A stretch of DNA of 64,000 nt from Nanobdellota archaeon (GTDB lineage: Archaea; Nanobdellota; Nanobdellia; Pacearchaeales; GW2011-AR1), in NCBI GenBank assembly GCA_049324275.1, contig JBMOLG010000001.1, positions 47,606-111,605 of the forward strand. The letters run 5' to 3'. Position numbers and translations under genes: made by a program. Below, in pieces: positions 9,447-19,835 of this stretch (position 1 is its first letter; every line of letters begins with the position of its first letter). The notes under the pieces were generated by a model, which saw only the letters and a list, made by a program, of their open reading frames with translations, ran no database searches and was not told where the DNA came from.

Positions 9447-10235
9447 ATGGAAAATAAGAATCTTAAATTTGATGGATATGTTGCTGTTGTGCCGAATGAA
9501 ATTTACAGATCAAAAAAGATTATTCCCTTATATGATGACATTAAAGTTGTAGAAATTATGACTTTAAAAAGGCTGGAAATAAAAAGCCAGCAACAGGTTT
9601 TAGATTTTATTCAACAAAGCATTGAACAATATCTTTCAAACCCTGCTAAATTAAATCCAAAATTAGTTGAATCAATAAAGAATCTTCCGGAAAAAGAGAT
9701 TCATGCAATTAAAAATAAGGAATCTGAAATATTGGAACATTTAACGCTACATGATTACCCCAATACTTCTTCTCCGACGGGTTATCTTATTATAAAAAAT
9801 GGATGGATGGAAAATAAATCCAGAAATCAAAAGAAAATCAGGGATGAAGATCTTATACAAAACAGTCTTTGGAGCTTATACCTTCAGGCAGATAAGATTT
9901 TTGACAAACATTTATTGGAAACATTTATTGAAAATAAAGTAACCTTAAGCCAGACACTTTCTGTTTCAGGCAATTATGAAAACTATAGTACGGTTGCAGA
10001 TGAAATAAGGATAATTTATAATACTCTTGATTCTCCTGAAAAAATCTTTAAAATAACAGATATAAGCCAGAAATCATTGGAGGACAGGGTTTCTTTTGTT
10101 ATAGCCAGCACTGCAACTTGCTTGGCAAAGGAAGGTTTAGCAAAAGTTATTTTCCATGGAATGCAATCTGTAACAGATAAGGGAGATAATAACCCTGAAA
10201 CAAATCTGAATTTTTCCCCTAATGAATTTAATTAA
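9447..10235 (+). CDS. hypothetical protein
   Basis: 262-aa ORF. No motif recognised. Confidence 0.4.
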   Translation: MENKNLKFDGYVAVVPNEIYRSKKIIPLYDDIKVVEIMTLKRLEIKSQQQVLDFIQQSIEQYLSNPAKLNPKLVESIKNLPEKEIHAIKNKESEILEHLTLHDYPNTSSPTGYLIIKNGWMENKSRNQKKIRDEDLIQNSLWSLYLQADKIFDKHLLETFIENKVTLSQTLSVSGNYENYSTVADEIRIIYNTLDSPEKIFKITDISQKSLEDRVSFVIASTATCLAKEGLAKVIFHGMQSVTDKGDNNPETNLNFSPNEFN

Positions 10236-10237
10236 TC

Positions 10238-11965
10238 TTAAATTCCCCAAGTTGGATTAAATTTTCTTTTTATTTCTGCAATTTCCTGAAGAATTTTAAC
10301 TTCATCTTGTGAAAGAAGATTCTTATGTTCCTTGAATTTTCTAAATTGGCTTTCTGATAAATTTGAATATAAATACTGAGATTCCTTTAATTGCCTTTCA
10401 AAATTTACTCCTGGAATTGAGATTGCTATTTCTTTTCCTTTTTCAGCCTGTGAAAGAGTAGATTTATCTTCCTGGATTGTTTTTATTCTTCCAATCTTTT
10501 CATCATCTTGATTGATTAATTCTATCTCTTGCTTTAATATTCCCCCGTCAATCCTAACTCCGAAAATTGCAGGGTTAGAGTTTCGGAACACAAATTGAAG
10601 TATTGTAATTTTAGCAAGATTTGGAAGTTCTTCTAATTTTCCTCTTTCAATCTCTTTTAACTTTTGGCTTTTCCATTCCTCAAAGTCTTCAATAATTTTG
10701 AAAACAACAGGATTAGTAATAATCTTGATTTCTTTGAGTTCTTTTTCATCAATCTCTTTTTCTACTTCAACATTAAATCCTAAAATCACCTTGTCCTCTT
10801 CAGCATTTATTGATGCCTGATAAATATCTTTTTTAGTTATATTCCCAATTCCTGCTTTTATTACTTTTATCTGTTTTTGCCTTAACAAAAATAAAAGCGC
10901 TTCAAGGCTTCCCAATGATTCTGCTTTAATCAAGATTCCCTGATTATCCGTCTGTATTTCTTTTTCTAATTCTTCTGAAAACTCCTTTTTTAACTCTTCA
11001 AAATTATTTTCTATTTTTTGAAACCTCATCCCCGGCAGAACTTCTTCTTTTGAGGTTATTTGAAGCCTCAAACCGGATGCTGCCGATGAGTTTTCAACAG
11101 ATTTGTATCCTTTTGACAATGGAAGGGCTTCTTGTACGCTTCTTACCTTTGTTACAATTGGAATCCCAAGATTTGCGATTATTATTTCGTCATTCAATTT
11201 CAAAGTCCCATCATAAAGAATTGACTCAATATAATTCATGGCCTTTTCTTTTTTAACTTCAAGAATAACCCCCTTTGCGCTTTCATGCAGGGAAATTCTT
11301 TGTTTTAAAAATTTCTGGGATAGTGCACATAAAATTGCGAGAATTTCAGAGATTCCCTCTTTAGTCTTGGCGGAGCACGGGACTATCGCTATGTTTTTTG
11401 TGAAATCGGTTATTTTAGTGTAAAGTTCTGCATCAAATTTATAGGAACTTAATGAGCCTATCAATGTATAAAGCTTCTCGTCAAAAATTTCCCTAATTCG
11501 GATTGCCTGCTTTTCAATGTTTTCAAAAAAAAATTCAGATGATGACTTCCATCCCGAGATGTTATCTATTTTATTTAATGCGATAATAAATGGTGTTTTG
11601 TTTGCTCTAAGTATTTGAAGTACCTCTGAAGTTTGTGGCTTTATTCCTTCATTTATATCAATAACTAAAACAGCAAGGTCTGCTAAGGAGCCACCCCGTT
11701 TTCTAAGATTTGTAAAAGCTGCATGACCTGGCGTATCAATATAAAGAAATCCGGGAATTTCCAGAGGAACTCTAAATTTTTCAAGTACTGCTCCTGCACG
11801 TTCAATAATTATTTCAGCTGGCATAAATGTGGACGAAATTTTTTGTGTGATTCTTCCTGCTTCCTCGTCTGCAATTTTTGTTCCTCGTATACTATCCAGT
11901 ATGCTTGTCTTTCCATGATCCACATGCCCGCAAACCGTAACAATTGGGCTTCGTATTTTTTCCAT
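10238..11965 (-). CDS. infB: translation initiation factor aIF5B (IF2 homolog)
   Basis: SPIVTVCGHVDHGKTSILDSIRGT (G1), DTPGH (G3), NKID (G4). 575 aa with the C-terminal beta-barrel region typical of aIF5B. Confidence 0.9.
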   Translation of the reverse strand: MEKIRSPIVTVCGHVDHGKTSILDSIRGTKIADEEAGRITQKISSTFMPAEIIIERAGAVLEKFRVPLEIPGFLYIDTPGHAAFTNLRKRGGSLADLAVLVIDINEGIKPQTSEVLQILRANKTPFIIALNKIDNISGWKSSSEFFFENIEKQAIRIREIFDEKLYTLIGSLSSYKFDAELYTKITDFTKNIAIVPCSAKTKEGISEILAILCALSQKFLKQRISLHESAKGVILEVKKEKAMNYIESILYDGTLKLNDEIIIANLGIPIVTKVRSVQEALPLSKGYKSVENSSAASGLRLQITSKEEVLPGMRFQKIENNFEELKKEFSEELEKEIQTDNQGILIKAESLGSLEALLFLLRQKQIKVIKAGIGNITKKDIYQASINAEEDKVILGFNVEVEKEIDEKELKEIKIITNPVVFKIIEDFEEWKSQKLKEIERGKLEELPNLAKITILQFVFRNSNPAIFGVRIDGGILKQEIELINQDDEKIGRIKTIQEDKSTLSQAEKGKEIAISIPGVNFERQLKESQYLYSNLSESQFRKFKEHKNLLSQDEVKILQEIAEIKRKFNPTWGI

Positions 11966-12035
11966 CTATCTTTTTGTTCACAGTCATATTTAAAAGTTGA
12001 CCTTAATCAGACATATTAAAAGAACATAAATTAAA

Positions 12036-12383
12036 ATGACGCAAGCAATACAAAAGCTTATCAGATCTGAAAAAGAATTCTTAGAACTGAAAGGGAATTT
12101 TACAGAAACGGTACGATTAAAATTTTATCCCAATGATCATAAAAAGTTTAATGGCAGATATGTTTATGAAAAAACAAACAGCAATTATACATTTGTAAGA
12201 AAAGGCGATGAACTTGATTCAATATATCTAATTAGTTGTGACATTAAATATCTTAGCTTTGATAAAGAAGGAGTATTTCCCAATTCATTTAATTATAATT
12301 TTCATCTATTGAAGTCTTCTGATGAAGGATATGGGCAGGTAAAAAAAAGACTAGAATCAATTGATGAATGGAAAACTGATTAA
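12036..12383 (+). CDS. hypothetical protein
   Basis: 115-aa ORF. Confidence 0.35.
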   Translation: MTQAIQKLIRSEKEFLELKGNFTETVRLKFYPNDHKKFNGRYVYEKTNSNYTFVRKGDELDSIYLISCDIKYLSFDKEGVFPNSFNYNFHLLKSSDEGYGQVKKRLESIDEWKTD

Positions 12384-12438
12384 ATTTGTCTAAAACTATA
12401 CTATCAACATTTTTACAATAATTTTAATTTTTTGCTTT

Positions 12439-12891
12439 ATGAAGAATCATTTTTTATTAAGCATAGGGCTTTTAATTTTTCTTTTAGGCTTTGTAAGCGC
12501 GCAGCTTTATCAAAATTATCGTGAAACTGAATACAATTTTAATATAAAAAAAGTCTCTTCGTCTGAACAGGAGATAATTGACAATTGCAAGGATAAAGAG
12601 ATAATAAGCGCATCATATTGCTTAAAAGATAATGTCAAAACTTTTTATAAGTATAAAAAAACATGGGATTCTAATTCCCTAAATTTTTCAGAGCTAAAAG
12701 AAAATGGAGGGGATTGCAAAAACTATGCTGAACTCTACGAAAAACTTGGAACTCAGCTCGGATTTAATGCAGAAATTAGCAAAATAAAAATTGATTATAC
12801 AAAAGCTCACGCTTTTACTGTCTTGTCTAATGAGGATGCTTATTGTGTTATAGATATGTTAGATGTCAAATGCACTGAATTTGCCCATTAA
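12439..12891 (+). CDS. hypothetical secreted/membrane-anchored protein
   Basis: N-terminal hydrophobic signal-like segment LLSIGLLIFLLGFVSA. 150 aa. Confidence 0.4.
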   Translation: MKNHFLLSIGLLIFLLGFVSAQLYQNYRETEYNFNIKKVSSSEQEIIDNCKDKEIISASYCLKDNVKTFYKYKKTWDSNSLNFSELKENGGDCKNYAELYEKLGTQLGFNAEISKIKIDYTKAHAFTVLSNEDAYCVIDMLDVKCTEFAH

Positions 12892-12925
12892 TAAGTTTAT
12901 AAATATTGCAGTTAATAACAACTTA

Positions 12926-13372
12926 ATGAAACAAGAAAATTCTGCAGGAGCTTTAATATTTTATTTTGATAAGGAGCAATTCGAGCCAAATTTTCTTCTT
13001 TTAAAATATACTAATTATTGGGGATTTCCAAAGGGCTGGATTGAAAAAAATGAAACTGAAAAAGAAGCAGCTATAAGGGAAACAAAAGAGGAGACAAATT
13101 TAGATGTTGAACTGATTCCTGATTTTAAGGAGATTCAAAGATGGATTTTTCGTGCCAAGGATGAGTTAATCAAAAAAGAATGCACTTATTTTTTGGCTGA
13201 AATAAGTGAAGATGATTCAAAAAAAGTTAAGATCTCAAATGAGCATGAAGAATTTATTTTCATAACATTAGAAAAATCAAAAGAATATATCAAAATAAAA
13301 TCAAATAAAGAAATGTTAAAAAAGGCTTTTGATTTCATTAAAGAGAAAAAAAAGCAAAAAACATTATTTTAA
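12926..13372 (+). CDS. NUDIX hydrolase
   Basis: Nudix box GFPKGWIEKNETEKEAAIRETKEETNL (G-x5-E-x7-REUxEExGU). Start placed at the internal ATG 12926 rather than 12863, to avoid overlap with the upstream ORF. Confidence 0.75.
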   Translation: MKQENSAGALIFYFDKEQFEPNFLLLKYTNYWGFPKGWIEKNETEKEAAIRETKEETNLDVELIPDFKEIQRWIFRAKDELIKKECTYFLAEISEDDSKKVKISNEHEEFIFITLEKSKEYIKIKSNKEMLKKAFDFIKEKKKQKTLF

Positions 13373-13696
13373 ATGAACCTCATTAAGACATTAGTTGCAA
13401 CAAGTGTTTTAGGAACCACATTTTATCTAGTCAAAAATTATCCTTATTTCTCATGCTGTATATATGAGTCTCAAATAGCCTGCGCATTTTCAAATTATTA
13501 TTCTTTTGTTAGAAATAAAGATTATTATGAAATTTTAAGAAATAAAATTGAAATGGAATTCAGCAGATTTACGCCAGAAGAAAGAGCTTTAATTAAAAAA
13601 TTTAAAGCAATGACTCCTGAAGAAAAAAAAGAGAAGATGCAAAAGGCAAAAGAGATATTTTTAGAATTTTTGAAAAATAGAGATGAATTTAATTAG
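13373..13696 (+). CDS. hypothetical protein
   Basis: 107-aa ORF starting right at the Nudix stop. Confidence 0.35.
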   Translation: MNLIKTLVATSVLGTTFYLVKNYPYFSCCIYESQIACAFSNYYSFVRNKDYYEILRNKIEMEFSRFTPEERALIKKFKAMTPEEKKEKMQKAKEIFLEFLKNRDEFN

Positions 13697-14612
13697 AATT
13701 CATTAAGAAAGATAATAATGACATCCTAATATAAAGTCCATTCTCGACCTGCCTGAAATAAGCTATTCTCGAATCATTTTCTTCGATTTTTATCGGAATA
13801 TCTATCTCTTCAACATGAGGCAATGGATGCAAAATTCTTGCATCAGATTTTATTAAATTTAGATTTTCAGAATTGATGATGTATTTCCCTTTTGCTTTTT
13901 CATAATCCTCAAGGCTTATTCTTTCTTTTTGTATTCGGGTCATATATGCAATATCAACTTCAGGCAAAATTGAATTCAAATTATTTTCTTCATTAAATTG
14001 AACATTATGTTTGTTCAAATAATCTTTAATGTCTTCTTTCATTCGTAAATTTTCAGGCGAAACAAAAATAATTTTAATATTCTCAAATTTTCCAAAAAGA
14101 TAGCACAAAGACCGGACAGTTCTTCCTGAAGACAAGTCTCCGACCATCGCAATTTTGAAATTATCAAGCCGGCCTATTTCCCTATAAATTGTATAAGCAT
14201 CTAAAAGCGCCTGAGTTGGATGCTGGCCTTTTCCATCGCCTGCATTTATTATTGGAACTTTGCTGATTTTGGATGCTTTCTTTGCAGTACCTTCTTCATA
14301 ATGCCTTATAACAATGCAATCGGAATAACTTCCAACGGTTCGTATAGTATCTTCAATTGATTCACCTTTAATCGCAGATGAATATTCTTTTGCATTTTCT
14401 GTAGATATGACATTTCCCCCTAACCTCATCATTGCAGATTCAAAACTCAATCTTGTTCTTGTGCTTGGCTCATAAAAAAGCGTTGCAAGAATTCTCCCAT
14501 CTAATATCTTTGAATATTTTTTTCTTTCATCTCTTAACTCATCTGCCCTTGAAAATAAGCTAAACATGAGTTCTTTAGTCAACTGCTGTGATTCAACAAG
14601 ATGATTTACCAT
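13689..14612 (-). CDS. pyrB: aspartate carbamoyltransferase catalytic subunit
   Basis: STRTRLSFESAM (carbamoyl-phosphate binding), HPTQALLD, and HPLP near the C-terminus (PyrB-type rather than the OTC HCLP). Confidence 0.85.
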   Translation of the reverse strand: MVNHLVESQQLTKELMFSLFSRADELRDERKKYSKILDGRILATLFYEPSTRTRLSFESAMMRLGGNVISTENAKEYSSAIKGESIEDTIRTVGSYSDCIVIRHYEEGTAKKASKISKVPIINAGDGKGQHPTQALLDAYTIYREIGRLDNFKIAMVGDLSSGRTVRSLCYLFGKFENIKIIFVSPENLRMKEDIKDYLNKHNVQFNEENNLNSILPEVDIAYMTRIQKERISLEDYEKAKGKYIINSENLNLIKSDARILHPLPHVEEIDIPIKIEENDSRIAYFRQVENGLYIRMSLLSFLMNSN

Positions 14613-14833
14613 TTTAAAATTTAAGATGGAGGGGGCTTTTTAAGGATTTAGGTTTTGTTGTCTAAACAATTTATTTTTTCCATTATAACTTTAATAATTG
14701 TAGAATAAAAAGAATAAAAACCTGTCAATAAAAATGCCGATTAGGATAATGATTCTGATCAAAATAATTAAACCGAAACTAGATAGTCAATCCTGCCCCA
14801 CAAAAAATCATCGAGAAATTTTAAAATTACATT

Positions 14834-16021
14834 TTATCTTGTAATAATCTCTATTCCGTCTCTATTTTTCAAAATATGATCCTTGCCGACGATTTGTTTT
14901 GTTTTTGCATTAATGGCCTTGATGAAATTATTTCCAATATCTGTATGAAGTTTGTATGCAAAGTCTAATGCAGTTGTCCCGCTTGGAACCAAAAAGCAAT
15001 CGGGCAAAATATTTCCCTTTGAATCAGCGAGCTTGCTTGCGCCTGCAGGAAAAACTGCAATATATCTTAAAATTTCAAATACTGCTTTGTTTAAAATTTC
15101 CTGAATCCCGGTAGAGCCATAGACATCTAAAATATTTTTCTGAATGCTTTCTAAAGCTTGTTTTTGCTTTTCATTAACTTTTGATTCATTGATTTTAAAA
15201 TTTGAATCACCAGGAATATATTCAATTAATCCGGCTTTTGATGCTTCCCTTAATGCAAGTTCAGAATCAGCAGAGCAGGGAATTATTGTTAATTGAGGAT
15301 AAAATTCTTTTAGTTTATCCAGATTTTCCTTAGAATCTTTTTTGTCAATTTTATTAGCTGCAATTATCATTGGCTTTGTCAAATGCCTTAAAGCGTGTGC
15401 AAAATTCATCAGCTGTTCATCACTCCATTCGGCAGGCTTTTCTGCATTGTAACTTAATTTTAATAAGACGTGCTTGATATCATCTTCATTTACCTTTAAT
15501 CCTGAAAATTGTTTTGCAACTGCTTTCGCAAAATTTTCTTTTCTATTTTGGATTGTTCTCGCAAATGATTTCCAGACTTTTTTTAATATGCCTGCATACC
15601 ATAAGTCTAATTCATTTTCAAGCATTTCAACGTCCTGCAAAATATTATGAGACCGAGTTTCTTTTCCTTCTTCATCTGTTGTTCCTGAAACATCTACAAT
15701 ATGGATAAATAAATCTGCTTGTCTTAAATCATCGAGAAATTGATTGCCCAATCCTCTGCCTTCACTTGCTCCTTTAACCAAACCTGCAACATCCATTAAA
15801 TCAACCGGGACGAATCTTATATGGTTGACACAATAGCCAGTTCTTGGCATGCATTGAACCCCGAAATCTTTGTCAATGCAGTCCACCTTTACATAGCCGA
15901 CACCATGATTCGGCTTTATTGTCGCAAAAGGGTAACTTGCAATCAGAACATCAGCGAGAGTTGCAGCTTTGAAAAATGTTGACTTTCCACATGAAGGCTT
16001 TCCGACTAATCCAAGTAACAT
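14834..16021 (-). CDS. ychF: YchF/OLA1-family P-loop GTPase with C-terminal TGS domain
   Basis: GLVGKPSCGKSTFF (P-loop), YPFATIKPNHG, DVAGLVKGASEGRGLGNQFL (close to the YchF signature). C-terminal TGS-like segment. Confidence 0.75.
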   Translation of the reverse strand: MLLGLVGKPSCGKSTFFKAATLADVLIASYPFATIKPNHGVGYVKVDCIDKDFGVQCMPRTGYCVNHIRFVPVDLMDVAGLVKGASEGRGLGNQFLDDLRQADLFIHIVDVSGTTDEEGKETRSHNILQDVEMLENELDLWYAGILKKVWKSFARTIQNRKENFAKAVAKQFSGLKVNEDDIKHVLLKLSYNAEKPAEWSDEQLMNFAHALRHLTKPMIIAANKIDKKDSKENLDKLKEFYPQLTIIPCSADSELALREASKAGLIEYIPGDSNFKINESKVNEKQKQALESIQKNILDVYGSTGIQEILNKAVFEILRYIAVFPAGASKLADSKGNILPDCFLVPSGTTALDFAYKLHTDIGNNFIKAINAKTKQIVGKDHILKNRDGIEIITR

Positions 16022-16092
16022 AGTTCTATCTGGTGAATAGGGTATAAAAAGATTAAGATTAATACTTAATTCCGAGCAGAAGATAAGATTTA

Positions 16093-16635
16093 TTATTCTT
16101 TTTTTAGAAATTCTCTATAACTTATCAACAATTTATTTGATGTCTTCTTAATATCGCTTAATACCTCTTCAAGTCCCGGATGAATATTGCCATAATTAAT
16201 CTCATTAGTTTTTATCCAGCAATAGCCTGAATGCTCCCAATTAAGATTAGGTTCAAAATTTAATCTTTCTTTCTTATTAATTACAAGAAGAAAAGTGTAA
16301 TAAGTTAATCTTGAATTTGCATATGCGAATGGATTTGTCAGGAGTTTTCCATTTGGCAGATATCCCATTTCTTCAAATGATTCTGCAACTGCTGTTATAA
16401 TTGGGCTTTCTAAATTATTTTTATATAATTTACTCATTCCTCCTGAAATGGAAAGAATTCCCGGATTTCTGACTCTCAAGGATCTTTCTAAGGCTAAAAA
16501 TTCTTTTGTCTCTGCTGAATAAATTAAAATGCCTGCCCCAACTTTTCTTTCAAAGTTATCTGGAATATTTTTTCCTAGAGAGTAATCTTTCAGTTGAGAG
16601 TATTGCTGATATGTTAGGGAGGAATTATTTTGCAT
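16093..16635 (-). CDS. hypothetical protein, possibly a divergent Nudix-fold protein
   Basis: GGMSKLYKNNLESPIITAVAESFEEMGY resembles a degenerate Nudix box (AExxEExGY). Last gene of a four-gene overlapping operon. Confidence 0.3.
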   Translation of the reverse strand: MQNNSSLTYQQYSQLKDYSLGKNIPDNFERKVGAGILIYSAETKEFLALERSLRVRNPGILSISGGMSKLYKNNLESPIITAVAESFEEMGYLPNGKLLTNPFAYANSRLTYYTFLLVINKKERLNFEPNLNWEHSGYCWIKTNEINYGNIHPGLEEVLSDIKKTSNKLLISYREFLKKE

Positions 16636-17464
16636 TTTGTTCTCCCGGATTAAGTTTAGTTGAATCTAATGCCCTAATATAAAATTGAGAAAACTCATTT
16701 AATCTGCTTACAGGAAATTCTATATCAAATATACTTAGAGATTCTTTTCTTGGATTAAACAAATCCCGTCGCTTATGAGCTGCATATTCAACATCTTCTA
16801 ATGTATATACTAATCTAAATAATGAATTTACATTCATTTTTCTTTCTTCCATCTGGCCAAAACGATATTCTTTGAAAAAATTTCTTAATTGATCAGAAAT
16901 AAATTCATTTGAATTTGATTTTGAAATATCTGCTTCAATGATCTCAAATCTATTGAATTCATGAATATATAGATCTCTTGCATCTCCATAATATTTGAAC
17001 GAATGAGTCCAAAAAGATTCAGAATAAAAAAATATATTTGAAACTTGCCCTTCTGAATCTATTGCTCTAAATATCAAATTATTTTCTATTCCAATCGTAT
17101 GATCTCGTGAAACAGAGCTTTGTTGATTAAAATCTCTTTCTTTTTTAAGAATGGGGACAAAAATCTTTGCATTTTCTTCTCGAAGATTCAGAAAATTAAC
17201 AAAATTAACTTTGCATGAATCTAATTGCTCCCAATCTATCAATCTGTATATGTCTGTACTTAATTCAGTAAATCTAATCAAAGGGCTCATCTGCAAATAA
17301 TTATCTCTTAATACTTGAGCTATTTCTCCCTGCTTTAAAGATTCAAAAATAGAAGCATGAAAATTTTCAACCAACAAATTTCTTTCTGGGTCAATTTGCT
17401 TTTCCTTTTCTTCTAATTGGCTAATCTTTCTTCTCAATTTTGTTGACTGTTCTTCTAAGTTCAT
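16625..17464 (-). CDS. hypothetical protein, paralog A of a tandem pair (coiled-coil N-terminus)
   Basis: Starts MNLEEQSTKLRRK. Shares FRAID...N(I/V)FFY and ExxISxSxSxxFI blocks with the upstream gene. Confidence 0.5.
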   Translation of the reverse strand: MNLEEQSTKLRRKISQLEEKEKQIDPERNLLVENFHASIFESLKQGEIAQVLRDNYLQMSPLIRFTELSTDIYRLIDWEQLDSCKVNFVNFLNLREENAKIFVPILKKERDFNQQSSVSRDHTIGIENNLIFRAIDSEGQVSNIFFYSESFWTHSFKYYGDARDLYIHEFNRFEIIEADISKSNSNEFISDQLRNFFKEYRFGQMEERKMNVNSLFRLVYTLEDVEYAAHKRRDLFNPRKESLSIFDIEFPVSRLNEFSQFYIRALDSTKLNPGEQNAK

Positions 17465-18240
17465 TTTTGTTCTATCGAGTTTGATTTAGTTGAATTGTCA
17501 TTGATTTTAACAGGATAGTCTAATCCTCTGATCAAATATTCTGTAAATTTAGATAATCCATGAAATGGATACTCTATTCCAAAAACTTTTAGTGATTCTT
17601 TCTTCGGGCTAAATATATCTGTCCTATGGTGATCGACGTACTTTGTATTTGTAACTTCAGTTTTTATTTGAAAGATTAAATCAAACTTTATCTTAGTCTC
17701 CCTTCCATCAAAATCATCAAAAAATCTTCTTGCCTGATTCAATATAAAATCTTCTGAATATGATTCTGAAATTTGCGCTTCAGCTATCTTTAATATCCTA
17801 ACGTCTCTATCCTCAAGGTCATATAGCCCTTTATCTTCAGGATAATCATAGAGATATGCCCTGGTATTGGTTGATTCACGATAAAAAAATACATTCGACT
17901 TGTTTAGATTTGCATCTATTGCCCTAAAGAAAAACTTGTCATTAGAACCAACTCTGGAATCTCTTGAATTCCCATACCTTTTGTTTAAGCTTTCAGATTC
18001 GTGTGAACATGGCATAAAACCGCCATAGTTTAGAAAATCTCCTAATTTTATTTCATAAAGATTGTTCTCCTTCTTACAAGTATCCCTGGGCAAATAGTTT
18101 TCACTTAGAATTTTTGAGATATCCTCTCCTTTCAATGATTCGAAAACTGATTGAAAAAATTTATTCTTTAGGATATTCTTTTCATTCTCTAACTGTTGTA
18201 GTTCTCTCATTAATTTTGTTGACTGTTCTTCTAAGTTCAT
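17461..18240 (-). CDS. hypothetical protein, paralog B of the tandem pair
   Basis: Starts MNLEEQSTKLMRE. The first ~27 nt are identical to paralog A. 4-nt start/stop overlaps on both sides. Confidence 0.5.
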   Translation of the reverse strand: MNLEEQSTKLMRELQQLENEKNILKNKFFQSVFESLKGEDISKILSENYLPRDTCKKENNLYEIKLGDFLNYGGFMPCSHESESLNKRYGNSRDSRVGSNDKFFFRAIDANLNKSNVFFYRESTNTRAYLYDYPEDKGLYDLEDRDVRILKIAEAQISESYSEDFILNQARRFFDDFDGRETKIKFDLIFQIKTEVTNTKYVDHHRTDIFSPKKESLKVFGIEYPFHGLSKFTEYLIRGLDYPVKINDNSTKSNSIEQK

Positions 18241-18917
18241 TTTCTTCCTCCTTCAACTCGGCTACAAAGAATATCATAGCTATCAATCTCATAACCGTCA
18301 CAAGTTTCAACGTCACAATAATCCAATTTCAGATATAATGAAGATTTCTTATCTCCAAATTTTATTTTTGGAAAATATACTGCAATCCTTGGATTGTGTA
18401 GAACGTCAATAGCTTCTCTGAGATTTTTGACTTTGCCTTTGTCAGCAATTCTACCTGGTTCTATTAACTGAACTTTTGTTTTTTCAAGTGCTTCCTCAAT
18501 TCTTTTATTTCGAAAATCTGAACCGATTACATATTTATCTATTTCTGAGTTTAATCCTAAAAGTATCCATAAAGCATGGTCTTCAAAATCTTCGGGTTGC
18601 CAGGAGCCTAAAATGCTTCTATTAGAATAATCTTCCCAATCTAAAAAGTCATGAAAATCCTCCCAATCAGACATGACTGAATTTTTTAACAAATTTCTTG
18701 CACCATGCTTCCAAGCTCTAAAATAATTCTGGTCTCTCTTTGAATAACTGGCATAAGCTTTCCCTATACCTCCTATTAATTCTACAGGGCTAAGCTTTTC
18801 CCATTCAATCTGTTGTATTTTGTTTTCCATAGTATCTTCTATGAAAATCTTAATTAATATCTTTCTGCTATCTCTAATATTAAACATATTAAAATTAGAA
18901 ATCTTTAAATAACACAA
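18237..18917 (-). CDS. hypothetical protein (first gene of the four-gene operon)
   Basis: 226-aa ORF. True start may be an internal Met (MENKIQQIEWEKL). Confidence 0.4.
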   Translation of the reverse strand: MCYLKISNFNMFNIRDSRKILIKIFIEDTMENKIQQIEWEKLSPVELIGGIGKAYASYSKRDQNYFRAWKHGARNLLKNSVMSDWEDFHDFLDWEDYSNRSILGSWQPEDFEDHALWILLGLNSEIDKYVIGSDFRNKRIEEALEKTKVQLIEPGRIADKGKVKNLREAIDVLHNPRIAVYFPKIKFGDKKSSLYLKLDYCDVETCDGYEIDSYDILCSRVEGGRK

Positions 18918-18932
18918 AGATTACATAAAATT

Positions 18933-19835
18933 ATGGAAAGAAAATTGATCAAACAAGGGATAGGCGGGCTTACATTTTATGTGCCGAACAAATGGGTAAA
19001 AGAAAGAAATCTCAAGGCAGGGGATATGATTAATGTTGAAGAGACCGAAGATAAACTTATTCTATCTAGCAAGAAATTGCAAAAGAAACAAGAGATAGAA
19101 ATAAAAATTGAAAGCGAAAGTAAAGAATTTATAAGAAATTACTTAAATCAGCTTTATCGCCTTGGATTTGATAAAATAAAAATAGAATCAAATAATTCTG
19201 AAAAGCTTTTGCTATGCCAAAAGTTTTCCCAAATGTTTCTATTAGGATTTGAAGTTACAGAAATCAAAAAAAATTTTTGCATAATAGAAAATGTTTCTGA
19301 ACCAAGCGATGAAAAACAGCCAATGATACTAAGAAGAATTTTTTTATTAATAGAAAATTCATTCGAGCTTCTTAAAAATGATTTGGCAAAAAACAAGCCG
19401 GAAAATCAAAAAGAAATCAACAGGAATACAAAAAAAGTCACTCAATATGACAATTTCCTTAAAAGAAATCTCGCAAAGAATAATTTAGCTTTCGGAAAAG
19501 AATTTTTCAATTGGGAAATCTGTAATTTTCTCTTGCTTATACAGCATTCTTTTTTTCATATTTACGAAGACTGCAATCTGGCAAAAAATGAAAAAATTTT
19601 ATATGACTTTATTTTACAGATAGAAAAAAATTTTCAGGGGATTTATGAAGCTTTTTATAAAAAAGATTTCCAAGGATTGGACGGATTTCAAAAGCAGGCA
19701 AATGATATCTTAATAAAAATTCAAAAATCCAAGTTGAAAGAAATTAATTTCTTTCATTATATCTGTGAACTTTCAAGACTGCAGTATCTTTTATGCTCTC
19801 CAATTATAAGTTCTTTTTTGACAATCAAAAACTAA
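18933..19835 (+). CDS. hypothetical protein
   Basis: 300-aa ORF. Confidence 0.4.
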   Translation: MERKLIKQGIGGLTFYVPNKWVKERNLKAGDMINVEETEDKLILSSKKLQKKQEIEIKIESESKEFIRNYLNQLYRLGFDKIKIESNNSEKLLLCQKFSQMFLLGFEVTEIKKNFCIIENVSEPSDEKQPMILRRIFLLIENSFELLKNDLAKNKPENQKEINRNTKKVTQYDNFLKRNLAKNNLAFGKEFFNWEICNFLLLIQHSFFHIYEDCNLAKNEKILYDFILQIEKNFQGIYEAFYKKDFQGLDGFQKQANDILIKIQKSKLKEINFFHYICELSRLQYLLCSPIISSFLTIKN

